Part shown: in pieces, positions 29,269 through 36,909 of the stretch | How the letters are laid out: every line of letters begins with the position of its first letter | Position numbering within the stretch: position 1 is the stretch's first letter | From: a virus | Taxonomy: Duplodnaviria; Caudoviricetes | Virus record (IMG/VR): IMGVR_UViG_3300024517_000021 | Coordinates: 1 to 54,779 of that record | Direction: 5' to 3' (one strand) | DNA length: 54,779 nucleotides | Notes under the pieces: generated by a model | Seen by the model: the letters and a program-made list of their open reading frames with translations, nothing else | What the model was told of the DNA's origin: nothing | The model's database searches: none | Made by a program: the position numbers and the translations under genes

Positions 29269-30933
29269 ATGGAATCTATTGTTCAGGAGTTTCTCTCGAA
29301 ACAATCTCTTCGCTCTCAGGGGAGGACGCTGTGCCCGGCATGTGGCCCGGAGCGGCGCAAGAAAAACGACCGCAGCTTGTCCGTCAAACTCGACGGGGAC
29401 ACTGCCATCTATCACTGCCACCACTGTGAGATTTCTGGTGCAGTCCAGCTCTGGGAGCCAATGCCAGAGGCAGCTCCTCCGAAGAATCTGAGTCCCTTGT
29501 CGGGGGCACAGCTTGAATACCTCGATGGTCGGGGCATCTCTGGGCGGGCAGCCGAAGAATGCGGGCTGATCTCGGGGGAAGTCTATGTCCAGTCAAGGGG
29601 GAAGGAAGTCCCTGCCATTGGCTGGGTCTATCGGAATGCCGATGGATCACACGCGACCAAGTGGAGAGATGGGACCAAGTCTTTCACTCAAACCGGTGCT
29701 GCCCGGTCACTCTGGAGGATCGATCAGTGGGATGGTGGTGACCTGATCATTTGTGAGGGAGAGATGGACGCTACTTCTTTTGCTGAGATCGGGGTGTTTG
29801 CCACGTCCGTCCCCAACGGAGCCCCATCTGCGAGGGTTGAGGATCTGGACTCAACCAAATTCTCTTATCTGTGGGATGCCCAGGATGCTTTCAAGCGGGC
29901 AGATCGGGTCATCCTTGCCACTGATGGTGATGCTCCGGGCAAACTCTTGTCAGAGGAGATTGCACGCCGCGTAGGAAAGGCTCGCTGCTGGCAGGTCGAG
30001 TGGCCAGATGGGTGCAAGGATGCGAACGACACGCTGATCTTCCATGGCGAGGAGGGTCTAAGGAAAGCACTTGATGATTCCACACCGTGGCCTGTCTCTG
30101 GACTTCGGGATGCCTCCGCTTTTCGAGAGAAGGCATTGGATCTTTTTCGAGATGGGATGGATCATGGTGTGGGGATTGGCCTACTAGAGCTGGACATGCT
30201 TTACAGGACGAATCCTCAGACATTGACTGTCTGGACAGGGATTCCCGGCTCGGGGAAAACTGCGATCCAGACTTGGATGGCTTCTTGCTTGGCTGACAAG
30301 GGCTGGAATGTTGCTGTGTTCTCTGCGGAGACTCCGACTGAGATCCATTTGCTCCAGTTGGCCGCGTGTCATGTTGGAAAACCCTACGAGGGTGTGAAGA
30401 AAATGTCTGAGGCTGAGCTGGGAGATGCCTTGGACTGGGTGGATACTCGATTTGTTTTCCTAGATGAGTCGGAGACAAATATCTCTTCGATTCTGGACCG
30501 AGCCCACGCTGCTGTCATGCGAAACGGAGTTCGGCTTTTGGTCATCGATCCCTACAATTTCATCTCGCTGCCGGAGGAGGGAGTGGGGGGTATCAACAAG
30601 ATGCTCGTGTCCCTGAAAAATTTCTGCGTTGAGCATGGGGTTGCAATCTGGTTGACTGCCCATCCACAGAAACAATTTCGCCAGCATGATGGATCAACCC
30701 CACCGATCACCGGTTACTCCATTAGCGGGAGCGCGGGATTCTTCAACACTGCGGACGCTGGTCTAACCGTGTCACGTTTGTCAGATGGCAAGACGATGGT
30801 GAGCAACTGGAAGTCTCGCTTCCCATGGGTAGGGAAGCTGGGTGATTGCATTCTGGACTTTGATTTTCGTAGCGGGGTGTTTTCCTCGCAGCAATTCTCG
30901 GGGGGGAGTGATGATGGATTCGATGATTTTTGA
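29269..30933 (+). CDS. Primase-helicase (T7 gp4 / Twinkle-like)
   Basis: CPAC...CHHC Zn finger, TOPRIM CEGEMD and D.D..G, KDAND, Walker A GIPGSGKT, Walker B LLVIDP, AHP. Confidence 0.92.
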   Translation: MESIVQEFLSKQSLRSQGRTLCPACGPERRKKNDRSLSVKLDGDTAIYHCHHCEISGAVQLWEPMPEAAPPKNLSPLSGAQLEYLDGRGISGRAAEECGLISGEVYVQSRGKEVPAIGWVYRNADGSHATKWRDGTKSFTQTGAARSLWRIDQWDGGDLIICEGEMDATSFAEIGVFATSVPNGAPSARVEDLDSTKFSYLWDAQDAFKRADRVILATDGDAPGKLLSEEIARRVGKARCWQVEWPDGCKDANDTLIFHGEEGLRKALDDSTPWPVSGLRDASAFREKALDLFRDGMDHGVGIGLLELDMLYRTNPQTLTVWTGIPGSGKTAIQTWMASCLADKGWNVAVFSAETPTEIHLLQLAACHVGKPYEGVKKMSEAELGDALDWVDTRFVFLDESETNISSILDRAHAAVMRNGVRLLVIDPYNFISLPEEGVGGINKMLVSLKNFCVEHGVAIWLTAHPQKQFRQHDGSTPPITGYSISGSAGFFNTADAGLTVSRLSDGKTMVSNWKSRFPWVGKLGDCILDFDFRSGVFSSQQFSGGSDDGFDDF

Positions 30934-31438
30934 CCTGCTGACAGAGGAGCAGAGGGAAAAGTTCACGTTGATCAAGGAAGATGAAGACCTTCGCGGGGTG
31001 ATCCAGCGTAATCGGATCCAAGACCAGACAGTCTTCGACTCGATGCTGATTGATTACTTGATCGAGAGTCCACAGCATGAGGCTGCCCATGAGTTCATGG
31101 ATGCAACATCTCGGTCAGGGATGGGGACGCGCAGTCCATCTTTGGATCCGGGGAATGCGACTCCGGCCTATGCGGTGGCAGCGCAGATGGGTCAGCGCCG
31201 GATGGCTTTCTCTGTTGGATACCGAGCGATGGTCGATTCGGCGGGAAAGGATCCGGCAGACCTGACCTTGTTTTGTGTGAATAATATTTATTATTTTGAT
31301 AGAGCGAGAGGGCAGCACCAGATCGGCAAGCTGGCAAAGGCAATCTCGAAAGCACTTTGGGCATTGGCGAAGTGTTACGGGATCTCAGCCCGGAGAGATC
31401 CGAGAAGGATTCTCCGGGCTCAAGTGGGCGCTAGGTAA
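30911..31438 (+). CDS. Hypothetical protein
   Basis: Start re-called near ATG 30911 (GGGGAG SD); R.R..DQ...D..L....I...QH.AA pattern. Confidence 0.65.
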   Translation: MMDSMIFDLLTEEQREKFTLIKEDEDLRGVIQRNRIQDQTVFDSMLIDYLIESPQHEAAHEFMDATSRSGMGTRSPSLDPGNATPAYAVAAQMGQRRMAFSVGYRAMVDSAGKDPADLTLFCVNNIYYFDRARGQHQIGKLAKAISKALWALAKCYGISARRDPRRILRAQVGAR

Positions 31439-31479
31439 AAAAAAAGACGGGGCCAGGGCGTTAGCCCCAACCCCGTCTT
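31437..31479 (-). terminator. Intrinsic terminator for leftward transcript at convergent junction
   Basis: AAGACGGGG...CCCCGTCTT stem preceded by an A9 run on + strand. Confidence 0.65.
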
Positions 31480-31505
31480 CACAGGAGGACACATAATGTC
31501 CTCTA

Positions 31506-31745
31506 TTAGAATACCATCGGTCCATATTCTGTCGAGTCGATGTCGAATTCTTCACATGGAGGCGGGAGACCCTCATAATTCCCAAGGTCTGCCCCAGTGA
31601 AATGCTCCATGGATTCCCAGTTGGGGAAGTAGAGAAGAGCCGGGGCAATGCCCCCAGCTATACACCCACCATCTTGCATCATGAATATCCATGGAGGACC
31701 GGGTAGATCTTCGTTCTCCGCTGACCAAGTGAGAGCGATTGCCAT
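31506..31745 (-). CDS. Hypothetical protein
   Basis: ORF in leftward operon; start re-called to MAIALTW. Confidence 0.45.
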   Translation of the reverse strand: MAIALTWSAENEDLPGPPWIFMMQDGGCIAGGIAPALLYFPNWESMEHFTGADLGNYEGLPPPCEEFDIDSTEYGPMVF

Positions 31746-31770
31746 CTTGGCTCGACCCTTCCGATGCACG

Positions 31771-31941
31771 TCAAACATTGGGTCCACGCTCTCTCTTGAT
31801 GACAGAGTTCACTTGTCTCTCGATCCACTCTGGATCCTCCGCTCCGAGTCTGCGGAGTTCTTCCGCAACATCTCGCATCGCCTCCTCTTGGCTCGTTGCT
31901 TCGCAAGCAATCTGCCGAAGGTGGAGGTCGATGTCTGACAT
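31771..31941 (-). CDS. Small hypothetical protein (56 aa, not in ORF track)
   Basis: Manual translation MSDIDLHLRQIACEATSQEEAMRDVAEELRRLG...; tight packing. Confidence 0.55.
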   Translation of the reverse strand: MSDIDLHLRQIACEATSQEEAMRDVAEELRRLGAEDPEWIERQVNSVIKRERGPNV

Positions 31942-31946
31942 GACGC

Positions 31947-32090
31947 TCACTTCTTTCCCTTGAGATGTTTCCTGAGTATTGTGCAGATCAGGTTGCTCAA
32001 GCTTCGTTCGCTTCGCTCGGCTTCTTTTCGCAGATCATCTTTGAGCGTGTCCCCCTTGGGTACGCTGATCACGATCTGATTCCACTCCAT
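31947..32090 (-). CDS. Small ribbon-helix-helix (Arc-like) DNA-binding protein (47 aa, not in ORF track)
   Basis: MEWNQIVISVPKGDTLKDDLRKEAERSERSLSNLICTILRKHL matches the beta-strand + L...A....RS.S..I..IL RHH pattern. Confidence 0.6.
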   Translation of the reverse strand: MEWNQIVISVPKGDTLKDDLRKEAERSERSLSNLICTILRKHLKGKK

Positions 32091-32092
32091 TG

Positions 32093-32236
32093 CTACTTTC
32101 CTTTCTGGTCGCAGAGAATGCATTGCTCTCTCGCTACCTCTCCATCTGAATCAAGTGCGACCCAGACACGTCCACTACCATCACACATCGGGCACTCTTC
32201 TGTCTTCGCGGCTTCCATGGATTTCACCTCTTCCAC
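32093..32236 (-). CDS. Small DnaJ-type Zn-finger protein (47 aa, not in ORF track)
   Basis: GGAGG SD + GTG; CPMCDGSG...CILCDQKG. Confidence 0.55.
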   Translation of the reverse strand: MEEVKSMEAAKTEECPMCDGSGRVWVALDSDGEVAREQCILCDQKGK

Positions 32237-32344
32237 CGTCTTGTTCCTCCTACTTTTCCGCCACTCTGGTGGTGGAGTCCTTCTTCATGCTGTGACCCAC
32301 GGATCCTAAATCCGCATGACTTGCATTTGGGTTTCCCCTTGTGC

Positions 32345-32512
32345 TCATTCTTTTCCGAAGAGGATTTCCGTTGCTTCTCCAAGTGACCTCCTTGCAAATG
32401 CTGCCTTTTCTCTAGTTTTCATGCTCATAAAGGAATTGGTTGCAATCTCATCGAGAGTGTGGATTGCGGAGATGATCGCTGCCGTGATGAAGTCCTTCTC
32501 CTGTTCGCTCAC
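32345..32512 (-). CDS. Small hypothetical protein (55 aa, not in ORF track)
   Basis: GTGA overlap with upstream stop; VSEQEKDFITAAIISAIHTLDEIA... Confidence 0.5.
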   Translation of the reverse strand: MSEQEKDFITAAIISAIHTLDEIATNSFMSMKTREKAAFARRSLGEATEILFGKE

Positions 32513-32721
32513 AGTATTTCTTTTTCCCTGAGTGCTTCCAGCAGGATTGATTTCAGATAGGGACCAACTTGAATCCCAAGCAGGTCTGCCTCTTCTCTCA
32601 CGGCATGATAGGCAGCCACCGGCATCCGCAGCACCACCTGATGATGATTTCCGATAGGCTTATTGCCTCGTTTGCGATGCAATTCAGCGCCCCGTATGAC
32701 AGTTTTCTTTTTGTTCGGCAT
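32509..32721 (-). CDS. Putative RHH-type DNA-binding protein
   Basis: GAGG SD; QVVLRMP....AVREEA...G......LKSIL. Confidence 0.55.
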   Translation of the reverse strand: MPNKKKTVIRGAELHRKRGNKPIGNHHQVVLRMPVAAYHAVREEADLLGIQVGPYLKSILLEALREKEIL

Positions 32722-33055
32722 ATTTCCTCTTTAAATTACTTCGTGAATGATTGCTTCGATTGTGAAAAATGCGAGCACCAAGGTGGAGAGAGAGATGATT
32801 GTCCCAAGCACGACAATGATCAGCTTACTTATCATGTTCAATGAATTCCTCTCGGAATGCTTCCAAAAAAGTGTGATCTTGTCCTAGATCCCCAATATTA
32901 ATCTCCCCTCGTCCGTACTTCTGGACAGCTTCGGCGAGAAGATCTGCTGCCTTTAGTATTTTTACCATCTCTTCCATTTTTACCATCTCTTTGTACACGG
33001 GGTTTACTCCAGTTTAAGTGTGTTCTTCTCTACCAGCAGAAGACCCGAGAGATCT

Positions 33056-33403
33056 CTAAAACTTGCCCTCACGTCTCGAAAGAATCTGATTGATGAATTC
33101 GATTATCTGGACTTGAAGCACGGTCTTAGTCTCCTTCCATTCCTTCGAGTAAATCTTCGAGTAAATTCCGTGCGGACACCAACGATGAATCATCTTGTCG
33201 AGATCAGCGAGTTCCGTTTCGTCCATCTGCCCGTCCCTCTTCACCGATTCTCGCGCCAGCCGATAGGCTTCGCTCGCATTCGTATCACCCTCTCGGTTAA
33301 CGAAGAGTCCGTAAAGCTTATCCGCCTTCTCCACCACCTCTCGCAGCGCGGCGTTCTCCTCACGGTATGCCTGGATGCTTGTGTCCTTGACTTGCGGTCT
33401 CAT
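33056..33403 (-). CDS. Hypothetical protein (cassette array member)
   Basis: ATG supplied by junction motif copy at 33401-33417. Confidence 0.7.
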   Translation of the reverse strand: MRPQVKDTSIQAYREENAALREVVEKADKLYGLFVNREGDTNASEAYRLARESVKRDGQMDETELADLDKMIHRWCPHGIYSKIYSKEWKETKTVLQVQIIEFINQILSRREGKF

Positions 33404-33649
33404 CTACTTGTCCTCCTCAAGCATTCTGACAGATTCTTCCTTCGCTCTAATCAACTCGATCCCTTTGTGGATGGAGTCGATTAGAGTGAAGGCAGCCACC
33501 TTGTCTTGGATGTGAATGGAGTGGTGATGGTCGTAGTCCTTGGGATCGATCCTGAGAGTGATGCTCTGCTTCTCGCTATCGCCCGGATAAATATCTCGGA
33601 CCTCGATATCTGTTGCTCTTCCTACATGGAAATTTACAGTCGTAATCAT
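33404..33649 (-). CDS. Hypothetical protein (cassette array member)
   Basis: AGGAGGACGACATG start; ends EEDK-TAG inside junction motif. Confidence 0.7.
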   Translation of the reverse strand: MITTVNFHVGRATDIEVRDIYPGDSEKQSITLRIDPKDYDHHHSIHIQDKVAAFTLIDSIHKGIELIRAKEESVRMLEEDK

Positions 33650-33835
33650 GTCGTCCTCCTGTTAGGCCAGTATTGCACACTGGCATTGAAAAGCAACAGC
33701 AACACCTCGTTACTGTTATCGTGGTGGGCGATGGGCCAATAACCCTTCTTGGCCCACGGCCCATTCTCATTCAGCGGGGAAAAACCCAGTGAATTCAATG
33801 AGTAGGGAGAAGCCCCTCAAAAATGGGAGCAACTA

Positions 33836-33907
33836 CCCGCAATATTTTTTCAGTCAAATAGCCAAGATTCTTACAACGATTGACTACAAAATATTTTTCC
33901 CTAGTCT
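33836..33907. promoter_or_regulatory. Back-to-back promoter/operator-like motifs TTGACT-N-AAATATT
   Basis: TTGACTGAAAAAATATT on - strand (33857-33841) and TTGACTACAAAATATTTTTCCCTAGTCT on + strand (33880-33907). Confidence 0.5.
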
Positions 33908-34296
33908 TCGATCAGCCGACGGTCGAACTCCTCTTCTAGTTCTTCCTGCGTGCAGTCGCCTTGCCTCTCTCCAACCTGCTTCTCTCTGAGGTTTTGCACG
34001 AATCGGTCGGCGTCTATCTCGTCCCGGGACCATCGCTTCTCTCTCCAGACAGAGAGTCGGTCCTGCTTCTCTCTTCGGAATGCTTCCGCATCGTGAGGTC
34101 GAGTCTTGGCTGACCCGCAGGTTCGGCATCGGCTCAACTCCACCGTTTCTTGAATCACAGTCACAACCACAAGCCAGCCATCATCTCTCTCTCCCTCAAC
34201 CCTGTACTCTCCAATCGTGTCATCCCTTCCCGTGCCTCGGGTGTTCCTATCCCACCTAGGTCTGGTGCTTGTAAATGAGAAGTCCCGATACTTCAT
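33901..34296 (-). CDS. Hypothetical protein with CxxC
   Basis: GGGGGAG SD, ATGA overlap, 131 aa. Confidence 0.6.
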   Translation of the reverse strand: MKYRDFSFTSTRPRWDRNTRGTGRDDTIGEYRVEGERDDGWLVVVTVIQETVELSRCRTCGSAKTRPHDAEAFRREKQDRLSVWREKRWSRDEIDADRFVQNLREKQVGERQGDCTQEELEEEFDRRLIED

Positions 34297-34862
34297 GTCT
34301 CCCCCCTTCTCTTCTTTGAGGTTTGAATTTTCTCATTGAGTTCTCTCGTGAAGTATATCAGTGCAGCGTCAACACTTCTGCTTGAACGTGAGTCGAAGAG
34401 TGCGTGAGGAATTGTTACATCGGACCATGCGCCGCAATTCCTCGCAAACTGAATCGCTCGTGGATTTGACACAGGGATCAGTCCAATCAGAACATCCCAC
34501 ACAAATTCCCCTTCATCGTTAGTCGTGTTGATGATTTTGTCCAGGGCATATTGCATGATGGGGACTGACCCCCTCCCCCAGAACTTACTGAAGCAAGTCC
34601 AATGCATCTGGACACTCTTCCCCTGGAAGTTATTCAGCCAGCAAGCGATGGCTGGTTCATTGTCTGCCATCACAAGGTAGAGGATGTTGTGGCCAGAAGT
34701 GACTGAGAAGAGGAACTCCTCCCTGGAGTTGACGGTTCCATCCTGAAAGATCGACGCAGCGACTCCGTCTGACACCATCCGGTCGTAGAGATCCATGACA
34801 TGCGAGTCCTTGAGAGTGGGAACACCGTCAATTTTTGTATAGGGAATCAGGTTGACTCTCAA
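34293..34862 (-). CDS. GNAT-family N-acetyltransferase-like protein (cassette array member)
   Basis: WLN......H...F..FWG.G, LIG.IP..N.RA..F....G; TTG start in junction motif. Confidence 0.65.
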   Translation of the reverse strand: MRVNLIPYTKIDGVPTLKDSHVMDLYDRMVSDGVAASIFQDGTVNSREEFLFSVTSGHNILYLVMADNEPAIACWLNNFQGKSVQMHWTCFSKFWGRGSVPIMQYALDKIINTTNDEGEFVWDVLIGLIPVSNPRAIQFARNCGAWSDVTIPHALFDSRSSRSVDAALIYFTRELNEKIQTSKKRRGET

Positions 34863-34875
34863 TCTACTTGTCCTC

Positions 34876-35094
34876 CTAAGTGCATTCGTATCTGTCTTTT
34901 CGATATTGATTTATCTCATGCTTCTTATCATTCCAAGTCCGACAGACTGCGCACCAGAGGTCAAGATGAACGAGATCTTCTCTAGCCCAGTCAGCAGCGC
35001 ATCGTTGTCGGCAAAAGGGTGGCGTGTGATTCAACTTCAAAATCCTCTTGCATTTGATGCATCTCGGATTGGATAACTCCACGCACTTCCCCAT
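34876..35094 (-). CDS. Small Cys-rich Zn-binding protein (cassette array member)
   Basis: CIKC, CRQRC, CAVC; flanked by two exact junction motifs. Confidence 0.65.
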   Translation of the reverse strand: MGKCVELSNPRCIKCKRILKLNHTPPFCRQRCAADWAREDLVHLDLWCAVCRTWNDKKHEINQYRKDRYECT

Positions 35095-35421
35095 CTACTT
35101 GTCCTCCTGTGTGATGTTTGTGATGGTGCCCAGGTTGGCGGCTCCCCGCATCAAAAAACCCCAGGGACCGTGAGCGCTTAGAAGAATGTCAATCCTTCCA
35201 CCCTTCGGTCCTTTTAGTTCGACTGTGAACGTGCCAACCTCTACAACGGTCAAGGAATAAGGCTTTTCCCAGTCGCTGAGGCGGTCTGTTTTGATGGTGA
35301 CATGCTCGCCGGGTTCAAGGTCAGGGAGTCCATCTTTAAAATAAGTGCGTCCGTCTCCGCTCACTCGCAACCCCCACCTGAGAAGTTTCCCCCACCTGAT
35401 GAGGTCATTCGGTTTGACCAT
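35095..35421 (-). CDS. Hypothetical protein (cassette array member)
   Basis: 108 aa, ends QEDK-TAG in junction motif. Confidence 0.65.
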   Translation of the reverse strand: MVKPNDLIRWGKLLRWGLRVSGDGRTYFKDGLPDLEPGEHVTIKTDRLSDWEKPYSLTVVEVGTFTVELKGPKGGRIDILLSAHGPWGFLMRGAANLGTITNITQEDK

Positions 35422-35430
35422 GTCATCTAC

Positions 35431-35631
35431 TTATCCTCCTAGGATATCTTTGTAGCGGCCCAGCATTCCCCATATCTTCGCCACGGTTTCATCGTCCATC
35501 TCGTGATACACATCAGTGAGTCCCTCACTTTTAACAATGATAGAGAACTCGTGACCATTGAACCCGTTGTCTAGCATGTCCTCCACTCTGTTCTCCAATG
35601 CCCGCTGCGCTTCGTTTAGCTTCACGCTCAT
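35431..35631 (-). CDS. Hypothetical protein (cassette array member)
   Basis: 66 aa, flanked by variant junction motifs. Confidence 0.65.
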   Translation of the reverse strand: MSVKLNEAQRALENRVEDMLDNGFNGHEFSIIVKSEGLTDVYHEMDDETVAKIWGMLGRYKDILGG

Positions 35632-35922
35632 CTACTTGTTTCCAGCCTTCGTCCGTTGCATCCCAAACTTCGCCCCCTGATTGTCCATCATCAATTTTAT
35701 GCACAGCTCCTTTTCCACTTCGGCGTAGTGGACATACTCAAAAAAGTATTCAACTCGTACATACTCATCCCGGCACCACTTCACGCGATAGAGATAGAAC
35801 AGGAGTCCACGAATCCAGTTGGGGCCGAAGTCCTTGCCTGCAATTCCGTCCTGATCCTCCACGTTCCAGCCGGGGCCGATGCGAAGTAGGTAAAGAACTC
35901 GGTAAAGAATATTTTTAATCAT
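35632..35922 (-). CDS. Hypothetical protein (cassette array member)
   Basis: 96 aa, aromatic-rich, ends GNK-TAG in variant motif. Confidence 0.6.
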   Translation of the reverse strand: MIKNILYRVLYLLRIGPGWNVEDQDGIAGKDFGPNWIRGLLFYLYRVKWCRDEYVRVEYFFEYVHYAEVEKELCIKLMMDNQGAKFGMQRTKAGNK

Positions 35923-36263
35923 CTACTTGTCCTCCTTGATTTGGAATAAATGAATGCAAGAAACACAATCGATACAGTCAACATGATGGCAATCGAAGGT
36001 TCCGGCACGTTAACTGGAGATCCCCAATGGGATATCTCTCCTCCTTCTCCGATAGATCTAGCTCTCACCAGTGCAACAGCGCCGGGTAGTTCTAGTTCTA
36101 CTTCAAAGCAGTCGTTGCAGCTTTGGACTGTATTGGTCTGGCCTGCTGGCTCCCAAATTTTAGGACGATGCGCTGGTCCTCCGGGTAGATACTCAAATTC
36201 CCAACCCGTAATGTTTTCGTTGTCAGGCTGATACCAGTGGATAGTGTGTCTATGATCTGTCAC
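35919..36263 (-). CDS. PEP-CTERM sorting-domain protein (cassette array member)
   Basis: C-term VPEP + SIAIMLTVSIVFLAFIY transmembrane helix + basic tail SKSRRTSR. Confidence 0.75.
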   Translation of the reverse strand: MTDHRHTIHWYQPDNENITGWEFEYLPGGPAHRPKIWEPAGQTNTVQSCNDCFEVELELPGAVALVRARSIGEGGEISHWGSPVNVPEPSIAIMLTVSIVFLAFIYSKSRRTSR

Positions 36264-36267
36264 TTAT

Positions 36268-36528
36268 CTACTTTTCCTCCTCTTCTCGACGCTTGGCAAT
36301 GCACCAAGCGCATACCGTATCGGCCTCGAACTCTACGCAGTTGACGCGACACTCCTCGCACAGTCGGTTCCTTGTACTTCCAACTCTCATCAGCTTGGAG
36401 TCCTTGTCTAGTGCTTCTTGCACTCTTTCCACGTCTCCGGGTCTTCCAATCTTCCTCGCAATGGAATCGTGGCTGAGACCTTTTCTGGCTAGCTTGATGA
36501 TTCTTTCATGGGTGTGATGCTTGCTCAT
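36268..36528 (-). CDS. HTH-like plus Zn-finger small protein (cassette array member)
   Basis: I.KLA.KGLS...IARKIG helix-turn-helix-like; CEEC...CAWC. Confidence 0.6.
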   Translation of the reverse strand: MSKHHTHERIIKLARKGLSHDSIARKIGRPGDVERVQEALDKDSKLMRVGSTRNRLCEECRVNCVEFEADTVCAWCIAKRREEEEK

Positions 36529-36852
36529 CTACTTGTCCTCCTTGAGTGCCAAGGCGTCTTTCGTGAGGTCAGTGAGCAGGAGGGATTTGGCCCTCTGGAT
36601 TTCCCGCCTGGGAACATAGTTAGACTTCGTGTCCGGGATTGGCGTCGATAGCGTGACGATGTCATTAAGCACCTGTGCCATTTCTACGTAGCTTTCGCGC
36701 AGATATTTGACATCTTCGACTACTCCACGCTTCGGTCCAGTCACTTCGCCAACGGCAGCAGCGTGCATCTTCGCAATGAGGTGGCAAGCGTCCTTATGCT
36801 CACCCTTGAGCCACGCCACTTCCGTCTTCAGATATTCAATTTCCTTGTCCAT
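36529..36852 (-). CDS. Hypothetical coiled-coil protein (first cassette array member)
   Basis: AC..IA.MHAAAVGE..GP.RGVVEDV; ends KEDK-TAG. Confidence 0.7.
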   Translation of the reverse strand: MDKEIEYLKTEVAWLKGEHKDACHLIAKMHAAAVGEVTGPKRGVVEDVKYLRESYVEMAQVLNDIVTLSTPIPDTKSNYVPRREIQRAKSLLLTDLTKDALALKEDK

Positions 36853-36876
36853 CTACTTGTCCTCCTGTGTGTGAGA

Positions 36877-36905
36877 GAGGGGAGGGGGGCTATCCCCCTC
36901 CCCTC
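36877..36905. promoter_or_regulatory. Perfect 12-bp GC hairpin upstream of the cassette array
   Basis: GAGGGGAGGGGG-GCTAT-CCCCCTCCCCTC; no clear U-tail. Confidence 0.7.
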
Positions 36906-36909
36906 CGGC

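Larger units (their letters stand above)
33401..36866 (-). repeat. Nine copies of gene-junction element AGGAGGACAAGTAGAT(G)
   Basis: Exact 16-mer at 33402-33417, 34862-34877, 35093-35108, 35921-35936, 36527-36542, 36851-36866; variants at 35424-35440, 35629-35643, 36266-36281. Confidence 0.95.

Noticed and set aside
32958-32991. 16-bp direct repeat ATTTTTACCATCTCTT x2
   Set aside because: 18-bp period fits a simple in-frame duplication (EMVKM/EMVKI) in a small leftward ORF; no further copies seen
33404-36531. Stop-codon reassignment suggested by many TAG-ATG in-frame junctions
   Set aside because: Core genes (capsid, TerL, adaptors) end normally at TAG and are uninterrupted, and each junction has its own SD
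33401-36866. Junction repeats as a CRISPR array or classical integron
   Set aside because: Repeats are 16-17 nt and non-palindromic, intervals are whole genes of 200-1460 bp, and there is no attC structure, cas operon or integrase
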